A DNA stretch of 63,833 nt, counting the filler, from Squatina squatina (taxonomy: Eukaryota), in NCBI GenBank assembly GCA_031763465.1. It is 4 parts of 4 records of this genome, joined end to end, with 100 filler letters (N's around TTAATTAATTAA, not from the genome) between each part and the next. Parts side by side here need not be neighbours in the genome. Positions count along the whole stretch, not along the records: positions 1 to 14,133 come from JARFOE010000001.1; positions 14,234 to 34,198 come from JARFOE010000016.1; 2 more parts are not named here. One strand, given 5' to 3'. Made by a program: the position numbers and the translations under genes. The notes under the pieces were generated by a model. It was not told where the DNA came from. It did not search any database and saw only the letters and a list, made by a program, of their open reading frames with translations. Numbering within the stretch: position 1 is the stretch's first letter; every line of letters begins with the position of its first letter. Positions 13,261-25,600 of the stretch are shown piece by piece.

Positions 13261-14133
13261 TTAATTGCCTGTAAAGTCAAAATAAACTAATTTCAGGTTT
13301 ATATAGTAGGAGGCTGCTTTTAAGGACATTTAAAGTAACTTTCATACTAGAAAATGAAAACAGAAAATTCCGAAAACATCNNNNNNNNNNNNNNNNNNNN
13401 NNNNNNNNNNNNNNNNNNNNNNNNNNNNNNNNNNNNNNNNNNNNNNNNNNNNNNNNNNNNNNNNNNNNNNNNNNNNNNNNCTGTATAACAAACGATGACT
13501 GCCGTTATTTTATAAACTAATTTTTTTGAACCATTAAAAAAAGTCTATTATAATGAACAATTACTATCTAAAAGTAGAACAGCTGTTTTGTGAAATTGTG
13601 TAAATCTTTTGAAAAAGTTAATGGAATTAACCTTGTCTATTCTGAGGTATGACCTTAATTTCTCTTTTGACAGAGGTTATTTGGCATTTTTAATGCATAT
13701 GACACTGATATTAGAGAAATCAATTGATATTTTCACCCGAGTCTAAATATTGATGTATTATATTGTATTTATTTGTCAAGCAAAATGTATGCAATAATTT
13801 ATTTTTTGCTTTATTTTAAAGTAAGGTTTTTTAGTGGATGTTGTGGAATGTCAAAATTTACCATATAGAAAATTTATACAAGTAGATGGCAGGTGGAAGG
13901 GAAATTTGAGGGATAAAGTTCAAGAGAGTGGTTTATAAATATGAGATAGATTGGGGAAATTGAGGAGAGTTGATTTTTTTAAAGAATCTGGCAACTACCT
14001 CAGGACACAGATAAATGTTTAAATACATTGTACAGTCAGGGAGACAATGCAAGTAATGAGTGATGTTCACAAGCGAGTTATACAGACCTCCTTTATGAAT
14101 GGGATAGCCATTGCATTAATCAATGTCTTATAC

Positions 14134-14233
14134 NNNNNNNNNNNNNNNNNNNNNNNNNNNNNNNNNNNNNNNNNNNNTTAATTAATTAANNNNNNNNNNN
14201 NNNNNNNNNNNNNNNNNNNNNNNNNNNNNNNNN
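14134..14233. other. Assembly linker N44-TTAATTAATTAA-N44 (six-frame stop spacer)
   Basis: Exactly 100 nt, symmetric, and the 12-mer has TAA in all six frames. Identical copies at 34199 and 51104. Confidence 0.95.
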
Positions 14234-14804
14234 TTTTAAACTAGCTTAGAATCTTTTTGGTTCTCCGTAGGATAGTCTAACCGAGAGTGTGCCAGGAAAG
14301 ATGGGTTGTATTTAGCTTAGAAAATAGGAATAGTAAAAAGTAAGAATGACCCAAGCCCACTATAATTGATTAGCCAGTTTCCCCATCTCTGTGCCCATTT
14401 TTTGTAAAACAAAAATACACCAATTCATAAAGCTGTACTAAACTGACAGGCTAACAGTCTCCTCATGTTCATCATCATCTATCGTGATTTCTCCTCACCT
14501 CAAATTAGAAATTAAGAACTATAATTTTTTAAGATAACAGAAGTAGGTTAATGGTCAGGTTTATGATGCACAAAAATCAATGTGCAACAGTGTTCCAGTA
14601 TGCTCCCTGCTTTACCAGTCAAGCAACAACCTCAAAACTGTATTCAGAAGAAAATCTCTACTTGCTCTGGTAGAGTATAACTCCCTTAGTGGTTGACCTT
14701 TATGTATTAATAAAATGAACCACCAATAGCCATGTAACTGTCAGGTGGTCCATAGAGAATGCCAAGCTTATGTCCACACATCCGTCATACACATGTGCAC
14801 TTGC

Positions 14805-14830
14805 TGTGTGTGTGTGTGTGTGTGTGCGTG
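14805..14830. repeat. (TG)n microsatellite
   Basis: Seen directly. Confidence 0.95.
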
Positions 14831-15239
14831 CACTCTTAAAATGTTAACTGTTTGCAAAGTCAGAATTGGCTTAACTTTTACTAACATTTATCTAATATTT
14901 TGTCAAATCTCATGACTGCAGGCTCGAGAATGGCCACTGAATTGATTTTGTAATGTGGGCCAATTAGGGTTTATTAACAAATTTAGTCAATTTGGTGCAT
15001 TGTCTGTTTGGGTGACTCTGTCCAACCAGCATCAATGCCAAAATGAATTGTAGAAGGAAAAGTGATTTCTGACATTCCAATAGGGAAAAAGTGGTTGAGG
15101 AATACATCCATCTTTCTTTGATATAATGGTGAGTTTGCACCTTGACATCCTTATAGGTCTAGTGCTGGTAGAAAATGCATCAATGTTTTGTAGTGATACT
15201 TTGGTGGGTCTGACTCCGATCCATGATGCTCTGAGAGGG

Positions 15240-15342
15240 AGATGATAGAGAGGATGAAGATGATGATGATGATGGAGAGGATGGTGAAGGTGATGATGAT
15301 GATGATGATGATGATAATGATGAGGATGATGATGATGGAGAG
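15240..15342. repeat. (GAT)n/(GAG) imperfect trinucleotide microsatellite
   Basis: Seen directly; runs into a gap and gives spurious poly-Met and poly-Ser ORFs. Confidence 0.92.
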
Positions 15343-18300
15343 NNNNNNNNNNNNNNNNNNNNNNNNNNNNNNNNNNNNNNNNNNNNNNNNNNNNNNNNNN
15401 NNNNNNNNNNNNNNNNNNNNNNNNNNNNNNNNNNNNNNNNNNACTTAATGATGAAATAGCTGTGAAAAATATGGAAAACAGGATTACATGTCAAGAATAT
15501 ACTACAATTAGTTTATGATATTGATAACTTGCATAAAATTTAGTCAGACTCAAAAATGCTTCAATAGAAGATTTACAAATTGATAACGTTAGAGATAATT
15601 TTCATATTTACCATCATCTTGAAACAACTGCACTCAATCACTGCATCATGCAGAAGGGTGCTCATAAATCTGAATACCATTGTGCTTTCTATCAAAAAAG
15701 AATTCAATAGAAACATCAGGAAAGGGTTCAAACTATCGACATATTCTTCCATCAACTTGCCCAAACATTATCAAATCAGAATCACATTTTATGATCTTGC
15801 ATTTCAGACTACTAAGTGATTGCATTAGCAGACAAATTTAAGGTTTAATTGGAAAGGTATTAGAATTTAGGCAAATCTATGAAACATAAAGGAAAATATG
15901 AAGATTCATCATTGATTTTTAATTAGAAAATGTAAAACACATTTAGACTGACAAACATATACTAATGAAAAATATGATAGTCAAATTCTACATCCAAATG
16001 ATTTTCTACACCATTTCTAAAAGGTTGGTTTGCTAATTTTTGACTGATAGAATCTAATATTAATGATTTTCATAACAATGTGGGAATATGTTGAACAAAA
16101 NNNNNNNNNNNNNNNNNNNNNNNNNNNNNNNNNNNNNNNNNNNNNNNNNNNNNNNNNNNNNNNNNNNNNNNNNNNNNNNNNNNNNNNNNNNNNNNNNNNN
16201 CTATTCGAGCCCCCAGATATTTTTCGAGCTCTCCCGGAGCGATGTAGCTAACTGGTTCGCCGTGTATCTTCCAGTTCTCACAGGTGTTAAATAAGAATAT
16301 TTAAATAATTATATCCTTTAAATTATTACATACCAGTTTAACAGGCAGAAATGATTCATAAAACTGAACATTGATTAACAGACAAAGATGACACAGTATC
16401 GCACCAACTTTAGATTTACTCAAGGTTGGTTGTATGAAAATTATGCCACTTCATTTTTGTTTTTCTGAGAAACTCTCATTTTTTTCTTTTACCTGTTCAG
16501 GCATTTTTTAATTAACTCACCAAGCATTTACTCTAAGCATGATTCACCCTTTTTTTTATCACAGAAAGGCAAAGTGCGTGCCACAATGACCCGGAACAAT
16601 CATGTAATCAATTTAAAAAATATTCACAAGTGCCTTTTAGGCACTGTGGACAGATAATAATATGCAACTCCACTAATGCTCAAAGGATAGGTCCGAGAGA
16701 ATAAAATGAAATTAGGGAAAATGTGATGTTATTGGAGCGCTGTTCACATCTAGACCAGGGATTGGGATAAGGACGAAGTTAATTGCATTTCCAGATGACA
16801 AACCACTCACCTCGAAACTGAATGGCTCTTTATGAAAGCTATCAGTAATAAACTGTAAATCTCGGCTATGATTGCAAATAAAGGTCATNNNNNNNNNNNN
16901 NNNNNNNNNNNCTGTCTTATTATATTCCCCGGATCCTTTTCAGTCCATAAGGTGCCTAAGCTCAAAAAAGCAATCAATACTGAAAATACTTTTTCCCCCT
17001 TTTTTTCCCTGTTTCACCTGTCCCTGTACCTTGATAATCATAAATGTCTCATCTGGAAAACAGCAGGAATTTTGATGCTTGGGAGAAAATCCCTGTAGAG
17101 ATATTTAACCCTCAAATGCCAAGCTGCTAAAAGATTCTGTTAAAAGCAGTTTCATGGATAAATTTAAAATGCACAGTTCATGTGCCCCATGCCTCATTCA
17201 ACTGATCTCAAAGACATATTCAGCCCTCCAATCTCAACTGTATTGTGCACTTGGAATATAGAGACACCAATACTGTATTCAACATGCATTTTTGTCCAGC
17301 AAGTTACAGAATAAGTTACAGGTAGTTTCATCGTAATGTAATTTTATTATGCTGTAAATCTGATGGGCTTTTGGGGTCTTACAGCTCATGATTGATGTGT
17401 TGTCTTCTTCGGGAACCACAACAACAAGCAACTTAGTAATGGACCTTCCCACAACCGCTTCTTACAGACTACTGCTATAAATTATTTGAGAAACGTCCAA
17501 CATTGTGCCTGTGATGAATTTTGGCAGGATAGTTATAAAAACTTCATACATCAAAAGAGAGGGGATAGCAATCAAATAAGAGTGGGGGCGGGGGGGAAAT
17601 CGGTATGGCAATCACAGGTGTGCAGAAGGTTGCAAATGTCCGACTGGCTGGGAAACATATTTGTGAATCACAGCAACACATTTCTGTTTGATTTTTTTTC
17701 CCTTGATATCCCCCAGCCCACTGACAATGATGAGGCACTCTCAAAATTATCATGTAAATCAAAGTGATATGCAAGATGCATTTTGCATTTCTGACAATTG
17801 ATTACAAATTCTTCTGCAATTCTTTTCCTGATCCTACCCCCACAAATCAAAGCTTAATTACTTATTTGGATAGTGGATTATTATTTAAATTAGAGGGGTT
17901 TCTGTTACTACGTATAAGAGTAGAACAATAAATGAGTGTCTACAGTAATAATTTAGAGTTACAAATCACAGGATGTAACAATAGTTTCTTTTCCCACTTC
18001 CTAGTTTTAAAACTGTACATCCAAATCAATGTAATATCACTGCACAGAGCAAAAGTGTTTTCAAAAAATCTTTCCATTAACCAAACAATTTTGTGCTTGA
18101 CTTTGTGATTCNNNNNNNNNNNNNNNNNNNNNNNNNNNNNNNNNNNNNNNNNNNNNNNNNNNNNNNNNNNNNNNNNNNNNNNNNNNNNNNNNNNNNNNNN
18201 NNNNNNNNNNNATTTGAAGTGGAAAATGAAGGTGTCATAGTTAAACTGAAGAACAGACCTCAGGTGATGTGACGTACTCCAAGCATCTGCAGGGTCCTCT

Positions 18301-20689
18301 GAATGTCAGGATGCTCTCCTTCATACACTTGTGCCTCCAAAGCACCTTCCCAACAATGTCTTTTAGCATGGCGAGTTTGTGACCACAGCAGGCTGCAACT
18401 ATGTATGAAACACATGCTTGAACGTATTATAGAGCCCTTTGCAACCAATCTGCACAGTGCAAATGTGCAACGCTCCGATTTAACAAGAGACTGTCCCAAA
18501 CGTTTCTCAATACAGAGGAAAATCAAGTTAATGACATGTCATGGCCAAATCAAGAGGCCTATAATGACGCACAATTCCAAGGGTTTGTTATTAACACAGC
18601 TGCATTGGTAGTCTCAAAATGGCTTGAGCGTGTGCTGCATCAACATTAAAAGATACCATTAAGACATGATATAGGTACTCCATTGGTAACATGAACGGCT
18701 CATGATAATGAAAAAAAAAGCAACAAAAGGCACTGTGTTATTGTTACCTTGAAATTTCATTCAGCATTGCAACCCATATATATATATATATACTTTTGTG
18801 CGCTGGAATAAAAAGGTTCTAAATCTTTAATGTTACACACCGTGTTCCAGTTTAACACTTCCGAAAGGAGGGAAAAAAACATGCTTCTAATCACTGTATA
18901 CACATTATTGTTCATGCAACTATGTAGATTTCTGCATGCACTTGTTCTTTTGCAATGTACATGACACAGCTCATAAATAAATTATGATAAGACATTGCAT
19001 GGTAAACCATCAATTTACATTTTGCTAATTTAAACAATACTCTGAAGTGCAAATGGATACTTGCTGAAAGAATTGAATGCTGCACTGTGGATGACCACAA
19101 AGCATGATATAAAACAGATAGAAGAGTGTGAGACATATAAATTATTTCATGTTTCTGTCACCTCCTCAGCTCCTGGAGCACAAGGCCACATTAAATTTAT
19201 TCTTTCAAGTGCTTTTTGGGCCCTAGAAAGGCCAGCTATGAAATAATCAATCTATTAAATAAATCACTCAATGTGTTAGTGATTGACATTATTGCAAGAA
19301 CATTAGAAAAAATCAGGATTTATCCTTTTTTGAAACTGTTTATAGCTAAAGAGATGATTTACCGATCCTAAAATGATGCATTATGAATGAAACCATAAAC
19401 AGGTTGAAAGGCGCAGTGTAGTATGTGCAAGCATTTTTTAAAGTTGCTCTGATACACATTTCTGCAACAAAAATACAACAGTACCAGTGAAGTAATAGCT
19501 AAGTGACTACTAAGGTAATACGCCAACATTACTCCTTTTCCACTTGCAGTTTTTAAAAAAATATTTCCTTTTAATTGTGGTCACTTATGACCCTTATTTT
19601 AAATGTACTTTAGTCTGCAGCAACAAACGTTGTACAAGTAGGATATTGAAATGTCCACCAGGCCGAGAAGAGCAGAAAGCTTTTCAGTCAGTTTTACTTA
19701 ATGGAATGGTTGAATGTTGCTACTGTGCTATTTTAAACGTAAGCTTTAACCCAAATTTACATATTTTACTGTTTGAATAGATTGTATTAATCATAACCAC
19801 ACTGAACACCGTGTACCCTGTGGCTGTTGTGGTAGTTTTAGCTTCTTCCCCAATATTCAGCAAGCAATAGTGTTTAAGTCTATATTTTATGAATATTTCA
19901 TTATTGTTGAAGGTGGTCCAGGAACTTTATTGTTAAAGCAGATGCTAATGTTTATTCTTTTCACAAATTCACATCCAATGGAAAAGGTTATCCTAATTTA
20001 ACAGGATTTGATCGTTCGATGTAGTGAAATTAAAAGTAAGCGTACTCATTCACTTTAGATTTTTCATACTGTTTTCACATTATTGGGCGCAGTAAATAAA
20101 AAAAATTGCTTTTTGCTACGAGTGCTGTCTGAGGCTATCGCAGCATCTCAGCTGTAATAATGTGAGCCCGAGCCCCCACAAGCAGGCCTCAGTCCTCCAG
20201 AATTAACCATCTTTTTGGCTGCTCAAATGTCAGCCTCATATCATTCACAAAATGTACAGAAGGTTCAGGTTACATTTCAAAACCAAGATTTTCTTGCACA
20301 TCTTTTTGTCATTTCTGCTGTTAGATTTTCTTTACTGAATTTGATATACGTTTTGAATCATCCTTTGCCTGAATAATTTCAGTCTAATTTTACAGTGAAG
20401 ACATTTTTGTTTTCCTTTGGATATTTCCGATGTATTTGGTTGGGGTTTATTTTTGGAATTTACATTCAGACTAGAACGTACTAATCACATAATATTGCTG
20501 TGGAAGATGTAGAAATATGTAAATATATTTTCTCAAAGCCTAGAGCATAAATGCCCATTCTATCAAAATATTAATTTTTTGATATATGGCCTACAAAATG
20601 TTCAAACACAGAACATTACAGTTCAGCAGCACATGAAGGATAAGACAACATTTCTGTGGACTGTGATCTTGAAGCATACATATTTGATG

Positions 20690-21020
20690 TATATTTGTAT
20701 CCAACGGCCATCCTTTCCAATTTTGCCTGTGCACTAATATTAAACGAAAGCAGGCGGAAATGTGACAGCCAATATATGTACAGCAAGATGCCACAAATAG
20801 TTGAGATAAATGACAGACACCAAGAGAACTCGCTAGCTCTTTGAATTCAGATAGCACCATGGGATCTTTTATGTGCATCTTGAGTAGGTTGTTCAACATC
20901 TCATCTGAAAAATGGCACCTCTGATAGTGTAGTAATCACTCACTACGCTACTGAAGTGTCACCTTGGATTTGTTGAAGCCATGTGAACCCATGACCTTCT
21001 GACTCCGACTGAGCCAAGGA
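20690..21020 (-). mobile_element. Degenerate Deu-SINE copy, antisense
   Basis: gatagcaccatgggatcttttatgtgcatc and tctcatctgaaaaatggcacctctga are the reverse complement of the Deu core. gaacccatgaccttctgactc is the reversed head. Confidence 0.8.
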
Positions 21021-21749
21021 TGCACATAATGGATTTGTGTTTAAGCATTTATGTTAAAACTAAAGATTTGATTTGCATGATGTTTGTACAGTGCTTCTTT
21101 AGTTGAAAGTTGGCCTTTAGTCATGATAATTCGTAACATTAAAATCCAGCAGCTTCCGAACATACTTGTTGAGACACTTGCTTCACTTTACTGTTGATTG
21201 CAGGTTGAAATCCTAGGAATATGGTTGACTTGCATTTCTCAAGGCCTTTGGATAACCTTGACCATGCCATCTACTGTAACCAGAAAAGGGTGGCATTTCT
21301 GTCCTCAAATGTGCTTACATCTGTGTTGGTAGAAAGCCAAGAAACAAACTTGGATAATTTTTATTAAAACAGTGGGCAAATGGTAGATCTCAATACAGAT
21401 AGTGTTTCTGTTGAGTGAAGAACTACTCCTCCCCTCCAATAAAACTTTTATTTTTTTCTGGTTAAAAAGGTTGAAAGAATGGTGGTAATGTAGTTGGACA
21501 CAAATGATTTTGCAGTGTGTGACAACTGAAGGCCTTGTGATTTAATGAACGTACGTGTAATAGAATTAAAATGCATCACTGTCTCACCTACAGTGAACAC
21601 GGATTTTTATCAGCTGAATCTCTGAGCAGTGTTTGGCATTGGAGACTTTGCCAAGAAAGAGAGAGAGCTTTAACTTAAAAGAAATAGAAAATATGAAAGA
21701 TCTGTAGGGTAACTGAACTGATTTTAATAACATTGCATTACTTTTTCAG

Positions 21750-21914
21750 GGAACACCAGACAGACTTATTAGACACTTAGTTGAAGAACATTCCATTGTG
21801 GATCCCACATACATAGAGGATTTCCTGTTAACATGCAGAACATTTCTGTCAGGTCCCATGGAAGTTGGAGAGAAATTACTGGAGTGGTTTAACGTTGATA
21901 GCCTTAGGGACAAG
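21750..21914 (+). CDS. Rap guanine nucleotide exchange factor 2/6 (PDZ-GEF) family, REM (RasGEF_N) domain exon, 165 bp, phase 0-0
   Basis: ctttttcag|...|gtcagt. Encodes [55 protein letters not shown], clearly homologous to RAPGEF2 and RAPGEF6. The paralog cannot be resolved by eye. Confidence 0.93.
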
Positions 21915-22559
21915 GTCAGTCTGAAGACTGTTATTAATTTCCAATAAATGAAAATAAAAAATCGATGTTTGAAGATGTGCGTTTTTTTTAAGTGTGCTGG
22001 TGTACACTGCCATGTTGTGTAGCTGTAGGTCTTGGAATTGATAATGACATATGGCAGCCAACTGTAGTAAGTGCAGGCCTCATTTCAATAATAATTTGCA
22101 GGTGTTGCGCCTGATTGAAACTTGTTAACCTTGTACTAAAATAGTAGGTCTAGAATTTTCATTTCAATGCATTTATGTATTTTTTACTAATATTGTAATT
22201 TTAACCCTGAGGATTGAAATATTTTTACTCTTTCTAAATATTTTCTTTTTCTTTCAAATGATGATGTCAAAATCGATTTTTTTTTAATATGAATCAATGT
22301 CACAAAATAAAAGTAGAGAATTACATTCATAACGTTCATAACTAAAAATATCATATATTTTCTTTATTTTGGGACTGTAGAAATTGCCCATAGTGTGGCT
22401 AATTAGTGGCCCAATAAGTATTGGTGCAGGTGTGTCTGTACAATGCTCCAAGAACTGAGATTGGAGCATCAACAAGGTCACCATGGAAAGGTGCTCAGTG
22501 AAGGCAGAACAGTCCCCCTCAGGAAAGGAAAATCAGAGGACAAATTGTCTTAGTTTTTT

Positions 22560-22673
22560 TTTAATTAGTTCCTGGGATGTGGGCGTCACTGGCGAGGCCA
22601 GCATTTATTGCCCATCCCTAGTTGCCTTTGAGAAGGTGGTGATGAACCTTCTTGAACTGCTGCAGTCCTTGAG
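22560..22673 (-). mobile_element. LINE (CR1-like) 3' end, antisense
   Basis: gggatgtgggcgtcactggcgaggccagcatttattgcccatccctagttgcctttgagaaggtgg, recalled as a common shark LINE terminus. A degenerate relative is near 60920-60980. Confidence 0.65.
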
Positions 22674-25600
22674 NNNNNNNNNNNNNNNNNNNNNNNNNNN
22701 NNNNNNNNNNNNNNNNNNNNNNNNNNNNNNNNNNNNNNNNNNNNNNNNNNNNNNNNNNNNNNNNNNNNNNNNNCCTATAACCTGCACAGTACGCAATCCT
22801 GCATCCATACTAATACAAGAGTACATGATATTCAGCGAAGATATTCCTTGTGAGCTTACAAAAAAAGTAAAGTATATACAAATCTTTAATAGTTTCACAT
22901 CAAAATGGAAACCTAGCTAACAGTGTAATACATAGTTGGACACTACAAACAGACACAGTAGATAAACAAACGCTGGGATTAAAAATTAGCTCTTCGAGTG
23001 CACAAGATTTGAATCAGTGCAACCCTACTATAAATCTATTATCACATATCATCTAATTTCTAAAATTAATCTATTGCTTTACATTTGCAAGCAAAACAAT
23101 GATTCAGGGAAGTCAGAAGACACTTTTATAACAAGGTCAGTATACACCATTATGAGTTATTAGTACCCGTCAGTGATAGTGTTAATATGTATGTAACACA
23201 GAGCTATTTATTTTTTAAAAAACATGTTACAAGCTTATTCATTTAAAGGAAACATATATCTGTGTGTGTGCATATTCATTGCTTCTGCACGTTATTTCTA
23301 TTTTGCATAATAACTAACAAGAGTAGGAAAAAAGGTTTAGAAATCAAATCATGAAAACGGCCCTAAGGGTGGCACAAACTATTTTTAATTGTTTGCTTAT
23401 TGACACCAATTTATCACAGGGCACTTACTGAATAAAGGTTTCTGCAATACATGACACGTCGTTATGTCAGTTTTTACCTCATGTTACAGCCCACATTCGA
23501 AAGAAGTGCTGAAAACNNNNNNNNNNNNNNNNNNNNNNNNNNNNNNNNNNNNNNNNNNNNNNNNNNNNNNNNNNNNNNNNNNNNNNNNNNNNNNNNNNNN
23601 NNNNNNNNNNNNNNNNAGAAAATAATTAAGGCCATGTTTGAGGTAACACTTAGTTAGAGAAAGTGAAAGTAGAGAGTGAAATAGGATACCACGTTGACTT
23701 TCAAACTGAAGCTTTTGGTGACATATATTAGGAATGCAAATAATTAAAATATAGAGTCTGAAAACTGGCTTCCATTAACACCCTGCACTTCAAAAACAAC
23801 AGAAACCACACAACTCAGCTGAGGCAGCGCAGGGACGTGAGCTACATCGCTCATTTAGAAATGATACTGCTAAACAGCACCTCAAAAGAATGTGAGTTTA
23901 AAACACGTGTGGAATATAATTAATTATAGAGGAAGACAAGCCAGAGTAATGTGGAAGAGACTCTTCCCCATTCAGTTGTTGGCACTGAACCAAAGCTCCT
24001 TCAGAAATGGAATGTGGCCAACAAGGTTTCTTCTTTCACCTTCTACTCTCCAGCCAGCTGCTGCTCACTCGCACGTATTCTTAACGAAGATTCCAAAAAG
24101 AGACTCCTCTGGCGCCNNNNNNNNNNACCTCAAAGCATCATATCTGCACTTGACCAATGGGCACTGCAGGTTGGCAGTGGGTCACCAACAATTGATCTCT
24201 ACGTCTCTGGACTTGAGGAGTAGTGCTGATAGAACTGTATAATACAGCTGGAGCTTCCACTCTTGGCTGCTATCCAAACATCCCTGCTATCTGCTGAGGA
24301 TCAGGGTTGTCTGTGATGGCCCCAGAGAGTTGGAAGCTCACTAACCAATGCTCACTGTCCAAGCATACACGTGAAGAAATGCTATTTTGGCAAAGTACTG
24401 GATACCACACACTCATGGAGCTCTAGCACCACATAGGTTGCTGCATTCAGGAGAGGAAGGATAAGCCAGGAAAACTGGAAGAAAAATGATTGATGCAGCC
24501 TTATATCTCATGACTAAGGGCACTGGAGATTTACTGGTCTTTCAACCTGAAAAAATCCCAGAATCCTATGCAATAATATTGGAATTTGACACTGCACTCA
24601 GGGCAAAACAGGGGCCCATGCCCATCATTCATGCAAAGAAGATACCCCTCCCACAGGAGTCTACACAATTACAGCCACCACCAGGCACTCAAATGAACAC
24701 AACAAAACACGCAAAGTGAAAAAAAAAGACTTGCGTCAGCCACAGAGGATATATTTTAACTGCCTGTCCACAAAACTTTAATAATGCTGTCTTGCTCTAA
24801 TGTGTGCGAGAAAGACAATTTTACTTCTTCTATTAACCTGAAGTGATTACAATGACTTGATGGTGTTGCCTTATTTCATGGAATATTAAGTTCAAATTCT
24901 GCTCGCTGTAAGAACGATAAAAGTAACTAGTTACTATATGCTCCCCCAAAATAGCCCCAAGTGACACAAATATTTTACTCTCCTTGCAAGTATGGTGTAA
25001 TCTAGGCCTATCCAAGGAATGAGTTTTGTCAGATTAGCTTTAATAAATTAGAAGCAGTACGTCTGGTTACTGTGTATTACTGTGCATTTTCATATGAGAT
25101 ACATTATCTAGTTCTTTGTTTGGCAATCCACATATGAATGGAGCCATTTCAATGCTGTAATTTTTTTAACATCATAATAAGGCTTAACTTCAAAGGAAAA
25201 GAGCATACAGCAGCGTGGACCATGAGTGTCGTCACTGCTTGGTTCACACCTAGTTTACAGTACCATGAGCTCCTGGTGTAATATATATGCATTTTACTGG
25301 TGGTGTTTTTTGTGAACTATGTTTAAATGCCATTTTTCATAGAGGAAGTCAGCACCTATAATGAACAAACAAAATAACACTTTGTGTTATTTATCGTATG
25401 AAAGAATGAGACTTCCATATGTACAAGCAAGGCAATATTATTTTGGTGATCATATACATAATTAAACTGATGATTCAATATTTTCTAATCCTTTGCCAAG
25501 CCGCTTTGTTTTAGTGATCAAATAGCCACTTAATGCCTACCGTTAAATGACTAAGTCCTTTGCATGAAATGTTGTCCTGGACTCAACTACTGTTACATTT

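Noticed and set aside
14178-14189. TTAATTAATTAA palindrome repeated three times, as a biological motif or piggyBac site
   Set aside because: Always centred in exactly 44+44 N, so it is a synthetic assembly spacer.
15180-15494. Poly-Ser, poly-Met or poly-Asp protein
   Set aside because: Translation of a (GAT)n microsatellite beside a gap, with no splice context.
18260-18611. Overlapping 88-aa and 102-aa ORFs
   Set aside because: No recognisable homology or convincing splice pair; more likely non-coding.
21204-21289. Possible upstream RAPGEF exon (tgcag| VEILGIW...STVTRKG)
   Set aside because: Only a short TRKG coincidence with the expected exon; the rest does not match and the donor is weak.
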